Notes: a model not told the origin generated them from the letters alone. Counted from the stretch's first letter, positions 48,201-54,501 are shown. The stretch is DNA of 64,000 nucleotides from Candidatus Bathyarchaeota archaeon (GCA_963707955.1 OY970176.1:1024001-1088000), one strand, 5' to 3'. Numbers and translations: made by a program.

Positions 48201-49684
48201 GTGTTGCTACCAGCATCGCTGCTTATCCCAGTCTGTTGGAATGACACTTGATACTGATGCGTCCAAGAAGCAGTCTCATTGACCGCGCTGTTCATAGTCA
48301 CCTCAGCCGGGTTAAGCAAGGTAGTGTTGCCGTCAGAACCCGTTCCAGTCCAGCCGTTCCAGACGTACTGCTCACCACCTCCAGCAGAAGGAGCGGTAGC
48401 AGAAATCGTCACCACTGAACCATTATCATACCAGTTGTCTCCAACGCTTGGTGAGGTCGTTCCAAAGTCTGTGGACATAGTTAACTTGTACTGAATCACG
48501 TAGTTTGCCGTAACAGTCTTGGCTCCATCCATTAGAACCGTCGTTGACGGCGAGCTTGCGTCTGTGATATTCGGATCGCCTGTCCAGCCTCTGAAGTCGT
48601 AACGCGAAGAACCCGCCACAATGTCAACGTCCTGAGGCGTTGATATCGTGGCCAAAGATCCTGAGTCGTACCAGCCTTCTCCACTTGGAGAGTTAACTCC
48701 AAGAGGGCTCGTTTCAACAGTAAGGTAGTAGCCTCCATAAACCGTGAATTCTTCCTGATACCAAGATACCGAGTTTTGATCTGCGAAGAGGTAGCAGGAT
48801 ACGTTGTCGTCGGCAATGAAGATTTGCGGGCAGGCTTCGGAATTCGTCAGGATAGGCGAATTTGGACACTCAGCGTAACCGCTTGTTACACTGGTTGAAA
48901 CGAACGCGCCTACCTCCCATGGCCCAGTGTCTGACGGTAGGGCTTCACAGAGAAGCCAATAGTGCCCGTCGCGGTACATGACCGTCGGAAATGACATGTG
49001 ACGCAACGGTGATGACGTCGGACATGACATTACAAGAGTATCATTTTCATGGGCTAGGTCTGTGATTGAACTGGAGTTTCTCGCATAAATCGTCCAGGTT
49101 TCGCCGGTGTTGTTTCCGTCTGCCCAGAACAGATACCAATTGCTGTCGTTAGGGTTTAACCAGACGAACGGGTTAGTCCACGGGTCATCGGGACTTGTTA
49201 AAAGTGTTTCTTGATAAGTGAAGTTTATTCCATCAGTACTCGTCCAGCGTTCAACGTCCTTGTTGGTTATGTTGTTCAGGAACATCTCGAAAACGCCGCC
49301 TGTGTAGACAACGGAAGGCGTGCGAAAGCTGCCGTTTGTTGAAGCCAAAACTGGATTAAGAGAGTATGGTGTCCAAATTCCTGTTATGCTGTCTGAATAG
49401 TAGAGGCTAATGTTGTTGCCTTCGCTGTCAGAATCGTACGCCAAATAGGTCCTGTTTGACCCGTCTATCGTTAAGTTGCACTGCACGATGTTGGTCGTAT
49501 GCGCAACGTCGAAGCCATGTTGATCTGTAGGGTTCCCAGAAATCGGATTAGATGACCCTGACATATTGTACCACCTGAGCGGCGGGTCCTGTGCCATCGT
49601 TCCCAAGCAGAAGCTCGCAAGCAGGAGCAACGCGCAAGATACGAATATGAAGGAAACAATTCGAGAAGATTTCCACCGTTTCAT
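33254..49684 (-). CDS. Giant secreted surface protein (about 5,476 aa from MKRWK; ORF extends to 49786): signal peptide, GH43/GH32-like propeller, about 55-60 Ig-like repeats, C-terminal PLL-like lectin propeller
   Basis: Uninterrupted 16.5-kb ORF; basic plus hydrophobic N-terminus; NPVL/SPIL propeller motifs; roughly 80-aa repeats ending TG.YKTQ or FDWTEQ; six VRG.D...W.GW...G.T repeats at the C-terminus. Confidence 0.9.
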   Translation of the reverse strand: MKRWKSSRIVSFIFVSCALLLLASFCLGTMAQDPPLRWYNMSGSSNPISGNPTDQHGFDVAHTTNIVQCNLTIDGSNRTYLAYDSDSEGNNISLYYSDSITGIWTPYSLNPVLASTNGSFRTPSVVYTGGVFEMFLNNITNKDVERWTSTDGINFTYQETLLTSPDDPWTNPFVWLNPNDSNWYLFWADGNNTGETWTIYARNSSSITDLAHENDTLVMSCPTSSPLRHMSFPTVMYRDGHYWLLCEALPSDTGPWEVGAFVSTSVTSGYAECPNSPILTNSEACPQIFIADDNVSCYLFADQNSVSWYQEEFTVYGGYYLTVETSPLGVNSPSGEGWYDSGSLATISTPQDVDIVAGSSRYDFRGWTGDPNITDASSPSTTVLMDGAKTVTANYVIQYKLTMSTDFGTTSPSVGDNWYDNGSVVTISATAPSAGGGEQYVWNGWTGTGSDGNTTLLNPAEVTMNSAVNETASWTHQYQVSFQQTGISSDAGSNTVLTLGGSDYAYDALPTGVWVDNGTTFSWASTVAGVTGERFNFIGDNAGLVSPITAPGTDAATYGTQYLVSFTESGLDSDAGSNTVLSVGATNYVFTDFNISNIWVDNGTSFSWTATVSGGAGKQFVLTGVSGLSSPILASGTSSATYKTQYYVTLAQSSVGTDFSGTVVTVNGTGYGRSGISFWTDSGDNYVFSYASPLSVDSGKQYVFLTANESSPLTVSGAETVTGSYKTQYYVTFAQSGVDVDFSGTVVTVNGTGYDRTGISFWADSGDIYNFSFSSPLVVTVNVKQYVLTEANATSPFTVSASETTTGVYKTQWYMTFTQSGLDGSATGTVVTVNSTAKGALDLPYSLWVNDSDVLVFNYESIVGSNAVNKQFMLSGLSASSPLTVTDAQTIMGTYKTQWYVTFAESGLDGTASGTVVTVNGSAITHSSLPYSLWVNSSGSLVFGYANVSSTVSGVRFIVDSVNATSPLTVTGSVTIMGTYKIQYYVSFAQTGVGSDFSGNVMVVNGTGYDRAGYSDWYDSGASIPFNFDSPLIVAANVKQYALTGANETSPLTVSGAETVTGSYKIQWYVTVTSAHGGPTASSGWVDAGSNFTVSVTAPEVVDSTHQWNLTGLVIDGLPATLNNSVSFTGVASAHSVEFDWTEQWYISVTSLHGSPTESSQWVNASSSFIVSVTNPDVVVLGAQQWNLTGLTVDGVVLPVGGSVSFGSVVTNHTIEFDWTEQWYLTVDTSPSGVNSPTGQGWYNASSLASISTDQYVDILSGSSRYSFSGWTTSNMIEIADPSSLSTTVLMDEAKTVTANYVTQYNVTFGETGLDGTATGTIVTVNGSTEAYGSLPFSMWVNSSDSVAYSYGATVSSNVSGKQFRLDNVTGPTSPINVTSPVTVTGNYVTQYQVTFGQKGANGDFTGTLLTVEGVNYDLGNVSSAVFWWDAGSSHTFVYQSPLVVSANVKQYMLVSVNASSPYTVSSSATVTSTYKTQYFVTFAQSGVGTDFSGNVMAVNGTSHDRNGTSFWADSGDLYNFAYSNPLSVNAGKQYALTSVNVSSPLTVSAATTVTGSYKTQWYMSFAQSGLDGSATGTVVTVNGTTLPFGSLPYSVWVNDSDVLAFNYESIVASSTANKQFILAGVNASSPLTVTGAQTVTGAYTVQYYVTFAESGLDGTAAGTVVTVNGSAITYSSLPHSLWVNSSDSLVFNYANVSSTVSGTRFIVDSVNATSPLTVAGPLMVMGNYLTQYYISFNVSGVDSDFSGNVMTVGATGYDRSGHADWYDNGSSITFAYLSPLDVNSGKRYVYISQNATSPLTASMAETVTGTYKTQYYVIFSQSGVGSDFSGDVMLVDSVNYSRAGNSGWYDNQSSVTFSFYSPLVVNSSERYVFVSMNETSPLTVSSAETVTGTYKTQWYISVTSLHGSPTESSQWVDDGSSFNVSVINPDVVVPSAHQWNLTGLIVDGTPQTLANSVSFGSVTANHTIEFDWTENFYITVNANGHGSPTEVSTWVAAGSNFTVSVTNPDVVVAFEHQWNLTALTVDSVPQTLNNTVGFASVNASHTIVFSWTEQWYLTVDTNPSSVNSPTGAGWYDTGVTAHVSTDQYVDVVPGSSRYRFNSWAGASGTFADATVTMDSAKTATANYIEQYYVTFAQSGVGVDFVGAVMNVSSVNYTRSGYSNWFDSGTIVSFNYYSPLVVNATNQYVWGSTSGLSTLQSDSITITASGSVVGNYGLQNAITFNQFGLTSDFTGTVLLVDGTPYNVTDLPVSFLWSINSVHTFAYQSPLVVGANSKQYVWTGTTGLSSLQGDSINVTTFGSITGTYKTQYYVTFAQSGVGVDFLGSVMNVDLTDYGRSGHSGWYDSAANITFFFYSPEVVTADEKQYVVTDVNASSPLTVSAAQTVTGTYKTQYWIVFAESGVGSDFSGSVMNVNGTDYGRSGLSGWYDSGASLPFSYYSPLNVNSGERYVLLTVNETSPPTVSRAETVTGSYNTQYYLTVVTSPSNVDSPSGQGWYNASTFASISTSQLANETSSSRYNFTGWTTGNMTEIASPSSLSTTVLMDEAKTVTANYLTQYNVTFIQSGVNSDFNGTVMTVNGTGYDRNGVAFWAYAGDVYNFNYSTPLLVSANQKQYVFVSANASSPYTVSGSATVTGTFKTQWYITFAQSGVGSDFTGTVMTVNGTDHDRNGTSFWADSGDVYNFSYASPLNVTLNVKQYAWIYTGGLSGVQSGFISVSSSGSIIGHYATQYNVTFAQSGLDGTATGTVVTVNGSAITHSSLPYSLWVNSSDSLIFGYANVSSTVSGMRFIVDSVNASSPLTVTGPVTVMGNYLTQYYITFAVSGVGSDFSGNVMTVGATGYDRNGNSDWYDNGSSITFAYLSPLNVNSGKRYVYVSQNATSSLTVSMAETVTGTYKTQWYVTVTSAHGSPTEASQWVDDGSSFNVSVTNPDVVVPSANQWNLTGLIVGGVPQALANSVFFGSVTTNRTIEFDWTQQWYISVTSAHGSPTEASQWVNDGAAFSVSVTNPDVVVPSAQQWNLTGLTVDTVPQTLNNTVSYASVHAAHTIEFDWTEQWYVTFNKSGVGSDFTGTVVTVDSVDYGVAGLPVSFWWDNGSGHSFSFASPLVVDVNKQYSWSSTSGLSSFQSGSLTVTASGSVVGNYIVQNQVTFDQLGASSDFNGTVLIVDGTSYNVTDLPVSFSWSIYSVHTFAYQSPLAVGVNSEQYVWTGTTGLSSLEGGSINVTTFGSITATYKTQYYVTFAQSGVGSDFSGDVMNVGGVNYTRVGHSGWYDNQSSVTFSFYSPLVVNSSERYVFVSMNETSPLTVSTSETVTGTFKTQWYITVTSAHGSPTASSGWVDAGSNFTVSVTNPDVVVAFEHQWNLTGLKVDGVPQALANSVSFVGVAINHTVEFDWTEQWYVSVTSAHGNPSESSQWVDDGAAFSVSVTNPDVVSPGAHQWNLTGLAVDSVPQTLSNTVSYASVHASHTIVFSWTEQWYITVTSAHDTPTASGWVDNGSGFAASVSSPADVVAGDHQWVCTGYSIDGGASTPGTGYTFTSVQANHTILFGWSEQFWIAVTSAHDSPTASAWVDSSGSFNTSVTSPTEVVSGDHQWVCTGYKLDNGSLTVGTSYNFTSVASAHSIEFDWKEQFYLTVTSAYDTAGGAGWYDNGSTAYATLTDGTVPGSVGTQYVFTSWGADASGTNYAQSNAITMNGPKTATATWTTQYLVTYSATGNVLPVTVPSDEWVNSSGSAVGVFPSQVTVGGTRCNFVSDNRTVITSPSLIVGTYQTQYFVTFAQSGLDGTASGTVVTVNGSAIIYSGLPYSLWVNSSDSLVFIYANVSSTASREQFRLDNVTGPTSPINVTSPVTVTGNYVTQYQITFGQTGANVDFTSTLLTVDGVNYGLGNISSAVFWWDAGSSHTFVYQSPLVVTANVKQYLLVIANASSSYTVSGSATVTGTYVTQWYISITSAHGSPTEASQWVNDSAAFSVSVINPDVVVVFEHQWNLTALTVDTVPQTLNNTVSYANVNASHTIVFSWTEQWYITVTSAHDTPTASGWVDNGSSFAASVSSPADVVAGDHRWVCTGYSIDGGASAPGTGYTFTSVQANHTILFGWSEQFWIEVDSAHDSPTSSGWVDSGGNFTASVTSPADIVVNVTQWVCTGYIVDNGSLTAGTSYNFTSVASAHTIEFDWKEQFYVTFNKSGVGSDFTGTVVTVDSVDYGVAGLPVSFWWDNGSGHSFSFASPLVVNANKTYSWSSTSGLSSLQSGTLPVTASGSVVGSYIVQNSITFDQVGVSSDFNGTVLIVDGNSYNVTQLPVSFTWNIGSNHTFAYQSPLVVGANSEQYVWTGTTGLSSSQSGTITVTTFGSITGNYKTQYYVTFAQSGVGTDFSGSVMNVGGTDYNRSGYSNWYDNGANITFFYYSPLVVTADEKRYVVTDVNASSALTVSAAQTVTGTYETQYYVTFAQSGVGVDFSGTVMTVNGVDYGSGGVSFWADSGNVSTFNYASPLLVSADVKQYVLTGVSGNSTDTTLTVAGAVTVTGSYKTQYFVTFAQSGVGSDFGGTVVSVNGTDHDRFGISFWANSSDVYDFTFNSPLVVTVDIKQYVFTGVNESSPFTVSGAETVTGRYYTQYYLTVVTSPSNVDSPSGQGWYNASTFASISTSQFANETGSSRYNFTSWTTGNMSEITSPSSLSTTVMMDSGKTVTANYVTQFNVTINESGVGSDFTGTVVTIDSSDYDFTSLPASFWWDNASLHIFVYQTPLLVAANVKQYVFVMVNASSSFYTVNGSATITGTYKTQWYIAVTSAQDTPTPSAWVDNGTDFSANVTSPTETVPDISQWVCTGYSVDGGSSTPGTSYVFSTVVVNHTIIFGWQEQFWIVFNQSGVSSDYSANLMTINGTGYDRSGTSFWANSGDVYNFGFSSPLLVTANVKQYIFVGANESSPFTVSGAETVTGTYETQYYVTFAQSGVGSDFSGTVVTVNGTGYDRLGTSFWANSGDVYNFTYASSLVVTADVERYAWTSTGGLSGIQNGSITILGSGSVTGNYVTEYYVTFTVTGLDITATGTVVTVNGSAITYSGLPDSLWVNSSDLATYAYESMVSSSVSGEQFRLDSVIGPASPITVTAAAIVTGNYVTQYQVSFAVSPSGGGSTIPTGFNVWEDAGSLPISATGNPSYVFLQWSSDTGSIAFVNSITASTTATIGGPGTITADFGNTSLVVRGDNNLLYYRYFSSSVWGGWNVVPSGTTGDSPATTICSGAQYFIVRGMDGYSLWFSWINQSDGSFSGWTWISGSTPSPPTLTANGTALALMVRGSDNAIYYRIYDTLTQTWNDWVALPGGTTCDTPAVAMLGNTLHIVVRGFSTVDAYMNNTLWYSTLNLTDDAFSGWTLLLGSTPSTPTLAVSATSDTLYVVVRGDDNSIYMDMYNDSGWQGWTVLASGSTPNAPAATVTGTTLNVVVIGMDGNSMWQSSLNLVTNEFSGWTWISGSTPSIPKLTS
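34110..48730 (-). repeat. Intragenic array of roughly 240-255-bp modules with near-identical dispersed copies
   Basis: Approximate near-identical pairs: 37930-38200 with 45330-45600, 37360-37690 with 39000-39330, 36950-37150 with 40310-40510, 35690-35860 with 42095-42265, 40985-41340 with 44240-44590. Confidence 0.9.
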
Positions 49685-49822
49685 TCCAATCACTCTTAAA
49701 ACCAAACTTATTCTGTAATCTTCATATTTAACAATAGCGAGAGCTAACAAATGATCTGCTGATGTTAAGTTGATATATGACTTCATCGGCTCTTCGCGTA
49801 TGCAAGTCGCAAGTTCAATACT

Positions 49823-50863
49823 TCAAGAAATCACGTTCTCAACTTCTTTTTTTACCACTTTCCAATCATAATTCTCAGCTATCTTCCTGTTGATATTATT
49901 CCATTCAGGATGCCTCGATACATTTACGATGTGGTCAGCGATTTCTTCTGGAGTGGGATCGCTTGACAAAAGTTGAGGTTTAGGAATGAATTCAGGTATT
50001 CCGCCAACGTTACACGCTACTACAGGAGTTCCGCACGATATGGATTCTAAAAGAACCACTCCCCAAGCTTCCATTCTGGATGGTAGACAGAAAACAGTCG
50101 AGCGTTGATACAGGCGTATTTTATCCGTAATAGATAGATTTCCACACCATTCAACCCTATTCTTGTACGGTTCGCTCAGTTTATGACACCAAATCCAATA
50201 CTGCCAATTGTCTTGATACTCAATCGGTATGGAGGGATCCTCCCTGTCCACGTTTTCATGTAACCTGGGTCCGCCTCCAACTATCAGCTTCCAGTCTTGT
50301 AAATACTTCATGGCTTCTATAAGCAGGTGAAGCCTCTTTCGTCTGCTCGTGAATGCTAAGTAGGAAATCAAGTTGTTCTCTTTCAATCTAGAATTCGGTC
50401 TGTAGATTGACGTGTCAACACCGTTGTGCACGATTTTTACGCTTTTTTCGTAGAACGGCAACATCCGCGTGATTTCTCTTCTGCTGTAATCGGACACGCA
50501 TAAAGGCTGATCGCAAAACTTCAAGGCTGTAAGGACTTTCCACCCGAACAGACTAAGAATCTTTTCCACGTCTGTGTAATGAAGCCGAGAAATGATTTTC
50601 GCTCCAGAACTTTTGTAGAGTCTTCTGAAATTCCTGTTAACGCTCGCATAATAACGCATGAGATATAGCATTAAGGCTTGAACGCCCTCTTCTTCGTCGC
50701 ACCAGATCAAGTCAAACTCGTTTGCCAACGCTTCAAGCGAATACCGCAACGTACTCGTGCCAAGCTTGCACTGCTTTGCACCAAGCGGCTTGAAAACATA
50801 ATCGTACATATCCTGTGCAAAGCCGTAGCCTCTACCGCCATGGAACAGAATCCTCATCTTCAT
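49823..50863 (-). CDS. GT4 glycosyltransferase
   Basis: VHNGVD, RKRLHLLIEA and EAWGVVLLESISCGTPVV motifs. Confidence 0.9.
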   Translation of the reverse strand: MKMRILFHGGRGYGFAQDMYDYVFKPLGAKQCKLGTSTLRYSLEALANEFDLIWCDEEEGVQALMLYLMRYYASVNRNFRRLYKSSGAKIISRLHYTDVEKILSLFGWKVLTALKFCDQPLCVSDYSRREITRMLPFYEKSVKIVHNGVDTSIYRPNSRLKENNLISYLAFTSRRKRLHLLIEAMKYLQDWKLIVGGGPRLHENVDREDPSIPIEYQDNWQYWIWCHKLSEPYKNRVEWCGNLSITDKIRLYQRSTVFCLPSRMEAWGVVLLESISCGTPVVACNVGGIPEFIPKPQLLSSDPTPEEIADHIVNVSRHPEWNNINRKIAENYDWKVVKKEVENVIS

Positions 50864-50944
50864 TGCCCTGAACCACCAGATGCCTAATTAGCGTGTGCTC
50901 TTTTTACGGATTCCGAAAGAGTTCTTTGAGCGCGCGATGCTAAT

Positions 50945-52105
50945 TCAGTGAGATCGAAGCACCTGCGTGAGCAGTCTTTCAAATACGTCAACCCGCTTTT
51001 CCCAAGAGTTATCTTGTGCAAACCTAATTCTTCTTGCAACCAAGGCTTCATATTCAGGCTTCTTCCGTTCGTCCACAGCCTCTTCTACTTTCCTTATGAA
51101 ATCTTCATCATCTTTTGCAATGTAAACCAGTTCAGAGACGTTGTTGCACACCTCCGGGAGTGAGGTCGAAACGACGGGTTTCCCAGTGGCCAAATACTCA
51201 TACAGCTTTATCGGATTTGAAGCTGATGTTAATCTGTTTATCTTGAAAGGAATCAGGCATACATCTACGCAGGATAGGTAACTTGGAAGAGACTCATACT
51301 TCCTTGCTCCAAGCATTATTATGTTTGGATACTTTTGCAGCTCTTCCAGACCAAAAGCCACTGGACCAATGAGCAGGATGGAGTATTCCGGGTGTGATTG
51401 AGCTAGTTTGCATACCAACTCAACATTTATCCAATCTCTAACAATACCTACGAACCCTACTATTGGATGTTTGAGGGAACTTATTTCCTGAGGCTTGTCG
51501 ACCAACCACGTGGCTCTGTGAAAGTGGTCAAAATCAACTCCATTAGGAACGTAGAAGCAATGACTGTTGATCTTCGAAATTCTCTTACAAAGCACCTTGG
51601 ACACTGCAGTTACGACGGAAGAATCCGCAACTAGATTCTCCTCGGTTCTCAGAGCTTTTGACACGTTGACTCCCGAAAAAAAAGCTGAAAAGTCGTCAGG
51701 GCAATCGTAAACGATTTTTACGTTCATCGAATTCAGACTCGGCAAAAGGAAAGCGTATGAAAAAGAATAGAAAATGGCAACTTCTGGCTTGAAATTGAAA
51801 TATTTGAGACGCGACCGAAGGACCATTGAAGCATATTTTTCTTTGAGAAACTTGAGTCTTCCAGAGAATTCGGGAAGGAATAGGTTTATGACCGATAGAT
51901 TATCCGTGACTTTCTTTCTCAGAAAAACATCCTTTCTTCTGTAGCTCGCTATCAAAGACCGTGGAATCAGATAAATCGGATCCTGAACGTACAAGATGTT
52001 GATGCCACCTCTTTCTGCGAGCCGTGAAGGTATCTGCTGCGGTCTCGACCATAGAAATCCCCAAGGAACACAGGAAAGATAAAGCACGTTCAACAATATC
52101 ACCAT
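50945..52105 (-). CDS. GT4 glycosyltransferase (TuaH-like)
   Basis: WSRPQQI, YDCPDD, VPNGVD and NPIKLYEYLATGKPVVST motifs. Confidence 0.92.
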   Translation of the reverse strand: MVILLNVLYLSCVPWGFLWSRPQQIPSRLAERGGINILYVQDPIYLIPRSLIASYRRKDVFLRKKVTDNLSVINLFLPEFSGRLKFLKEKYASMVLRSRLKYFNFKPEVAIFYSFSYAFLLPSLNSMNVKIVYDCPDDFSAFFSGVNVSKALRTEENLVADSSVVTAVSKVLCKRISKINSHCFYVPNGVDFDHFHRATWLVDKPQEISSLKHPIVGFVGIVRDWINVELVCKLAQSHPEYSILLIGPVAFGLEELQKYPNIIMLGARKYESLPSYLSCVDVCLIPFKINRLTSASNPIKLYEYLATGKPVVSTSLPEVCNNVSELVYIAKDDEDFIRKVEEAVDERKKPEYEALVARRIRFAQDNSWEKRVDVFERLLTQVLRSH

Positions 52106-52126
52106 TCCTGCTTCCAGTCACTTTTC

Positions 52127-52138
52127 TCGCGCGCGCTA
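52127..52138. repeat. (GC)4 palindrome overlapping the wecB stop codon
   Basis: TCGCGCGCGCTA; the CTA is the minus-strand TAG stop. Confidence 0.88.
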
Positions 52139-53218
52139 TTCACCGATTTCTCTCACCAGTATTTGGACTATCCTTTTCCCTGCCTTGCCATCGCCGAAGG
52201 GGTTTTTCCATCGATTCTTCCTGTTTAGCATGAGCTCCGTTTTCTTGACAATCTCATCAGGATCCGCGCCTGCTAAAACATTCGCTCCAACCTCTACGGT
52301 CTCGGGTCTTTCAGTGTTGTATCTCAAGGTTACGCATGGAACACCCAAGATGCACGTTTCCTCTTGAACACCGCCGGAATCTGTCAGAACGAGTTCTGCG
52401 TTACTTTCAAGGTAGAGGAAACTCAAGTAGTCAAGAGGGCTGATCATTTTGACACCCTTCGCTTCGAGCTTGAATCCCTTGAGTCTTTTCTTAGCTCTCG
52501 GGTGGACCGGATAGATAACGGGAATGGCGAATCGTTCGTTGACCTTTTCCAATCCTTTCAATATGCCTTGAAACCTTTCAACATTGTCGACACTTTCTTG
52601 ACGATGAATAGTAACGAGGAAGTAATTCTTGGGCTTTATCCCAAGCTTGCGGCGTTTGATTCCCTTGTGCGTGGCTATTTCTAGATTCTGGTGGACAGCG
52701 TCCACTATTGTGTTGCCAGTTACGAATATTTCTTCTTTCGGAACCCCTTCAGCCAGCAATGTGTTCTTTGAGTTTTTGGTGGGCGCAAACAGCAGGTCTG
52801 AGCAGTGGTCTGTCAAGATTCTGTTTATTTCTTCGGGCATATGCCTGTCATAGCTTCTTAAGCCCGCTTCGACATGGCCGACTTTGATGCCGAGTTTTGC
52901 TGCGGCTAGGGCACCTGCAAGAACGGTGTTGGTGTCACCTTCGACTAAAACAACATGGGGTTTTTCTTCGAGGAGAACCTTCTCTATCCCGATAAGCATC
53001 TTTCCTGTCTGTTCTGCGTGTGTTCCAGAGCCAACGTCAAGGTTATGCTTGGCTTCGGGTAGCCCGAGCTGTTCGAAAAAGATTTTGTCCATGTTATATG
53101 AATAGTGTTGCCCCGTGTGTACGATGAAGAAGTCCAAATCAAGTCGGATGCATTGTCGGATAATCGGGGAGAACTTGATGATTTCAGGTCTGGTTCCGAG
53201 TATGATTGCGATCTTCAT
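52136..53218 (-). CDS. wecB: UDP-N-acetylglucosamine 2-epimerase (non-hydrolysing)
   Basis: GTRPEIIK, HTGQHY, GDTNT, HVEAGLRS, TDSGGVQEE, TERPE and NPFGDG motifs. Confidence 0.96.
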   Translation of the reverse strand: MKIAIILGTRPEIIKFSPIIRQCIRLDLDFFIVHTGQHYSYNMDKIFFEQLGLPEAKHNLDVGSGTHAEQTGKMLIGIEKVLLEEKPHVVLVEGDTNTVLAGALAAAKLGIKVGHVEAGLRSYDRHMPEEINRILTDHCSDLLFAPTKNSKNTLLAEGVPKEEIFVTGNTIVDAVHQNLEIATHKGIKRRKLGIKPKNYFLVTIHRQESVDNVERFQGILKGLEKVNERFAIPVIYPVHPRAKKRLKGFKLEAKGVKMISPLDYLSFLYLESNAELVLTDSGGVQEETCILGVPCVTLRYNTERPETVEVGANVLAGADPDEIVKKTELMLNRKNRWKNPFGDGKAGKRIVQILVREIGE

Positions 53219-53221
53219 TCT

Positions 53222-53233
53222 TAGCGCGCGCTA
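53222..53233. repeat. Perfect 12-bp palindrome TAGCGCGCGCTA
   Basis: Separated from the wecB ATG by only 3 nt. Confidence 0.9.
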
Positions 53234-53506
53234 CTATCCTGTCCCTTTGTATTTAAGACTTCTCAGAAAACAGATGAACGGCACTACAAGCGAAACTGCC
53301 AACTGTAAGGTAAAGATTAGGCGATGCTTCTGCGAGCAGTGATGGAATTCCTAGTCATCTGACCCTTATGTGCACATGCTTTTTCGCATTTCCGACAGCT
53401 AGTTTGTTAAGGTTTCAGGTTTTGAAATATGTCAAATGGCGCAGTATTCTAGGTCAAGAACTAGGCATATTATAGCTTACGATACAATATAAACAAGGTG
53501 GCGAAT

Positions 53507-53650
53507 ATGGAAATAGTGAATTGGAAACATCTCAAAAAACGAGACGAACAACTAACTCTGTCAATAATAGAAAACGCAAACAACGCCATGAAGAACGCGT
53601 ACTACGCCAGCCAATGGGCCACGATACACCAAGGAAACGATTCCTACTGA
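53507..53650 (+). CDS. Possible 47-aa small protein
   Basis: MEIVNWKHLKKRDEQLTLSIIENANNAMKNAYYASQWATIHQGNDSY, preceded by AATATAAA and AAGGTG. Confidence 0.3.
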   Translation: MEIVNWKHLKKRDEQLTLSIIENANNAMKNAYYASQWATIHQGNDSY

Positions 53651-53807
53651 AAAGAACGTGCACGGCCTAATAGTCTCCTGAATCAAAACTATGCTAGGTT
53701 TCATGGTATTCCAGTCTTGCAGTTTTGTCTATGATGGTTTCTGCCTCTATATTCTTGGTTCATAACGTTTTTCTCTATACTAGGCGTCAACTTGTCTAGA
53801 TGAGAGC

Positions 53808-54332
53808 ATGAATCTGAAGACCTTTCTTCAAGGCCCTTGGTTTCAAAGAAGCGTTCTTCTCGTATGGCTTGTCAGCTCTGCTCTTGTCATGTTTTCCCAG
53901 AAAACCATTGACTCGATTGTTAACGTAACGCTGTATGGTTATGGACTGCAGTTCAGCAATAAATGGGCAATACCCTATTGGACATATGCACGGTTGCTCT
54001 ATGCTACTCAATTTGTCTGCATCGCCCTAAGCGCGGTAGCCTTGACCTCAGGCTTTCTAAAAAAGGACAATAGCGATAAACACGTTCCGAAACCCGAAGA
54101 GAGAATCGATAAAAAAGCCGCTGCACGAGAAGAGACAAAGGGACGCACTATAGTTATCTCTTGCTCCTCTTGCAAAAGAGTCGTCAGCAAACCGTTAGTC
54201 ATGCTGGATTTCAGCGGCGGAAAAGCCAAGCTCGTAAACGTCTGCCCCTACTGCAACACTGTTCTAGGCAAAGCTGAGAAACAGAATGATACTGAAACAA
54301 TCGTAGACCCAGGGAAGGAAGTCGTTCAATAG
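53808..54332 (+). CDS. Membrane protein (LYxYGLQFS-x2-WAxPYW domain) with C-terminal zinc ribbon
   Basis: Two TM helices; CSSC...CPYC; N-terminal domain paralogous to 18998..19528. Confidence 0.8.
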   Translation: MNLKTFLQGPWFQRSVLLVWLVSSALVMFSQKTIDSIVNVTLYGYGLQFSNKWAIPYWTYARLLYATQFVCIALSAVALTSGFLKKDNSDKHVPKPEERIDKKAAAREETKGRTIVISCSSCKRVVSKPLVMLDFSGGKAKLVNVCPYCNTVLGKAEKQNDTETIVDPGKEVVQ

Positions 54333-54501
54333 AAGCGTCCGCTTAGACGATGGCAAGTGCTAGGTCAGTGTTAGGAGCCGGCGCGCTGGTGACTAACCGA
54401 AAAGGCAAGCATTATGTATTGAAAATAGGAATGTGAATAAACTATTGAAAATCAGAGTCTGGGTGAACCCAGACTAGTTTTGAGAATGGGGTCTGACGGA
54501 T

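Noticed and set aside
33261-49659. Repeated short ORFs antisense or out of frame to the giant gene, and a possible DGR template/variable repeat pair
   Set aside because: These are shadow ORFs of the coding repeats. The repeats are in-frame protein modules, I saw no adenine-specific mismatch pattern, and no reverse transcriptase is present.
49685-49786. 34-codon N-terminal extension of the giant ORF
   Set aside because: The ATG at 49684 gives a canonical signal peptide, and the extension is AT-rich promoter-like sequence.
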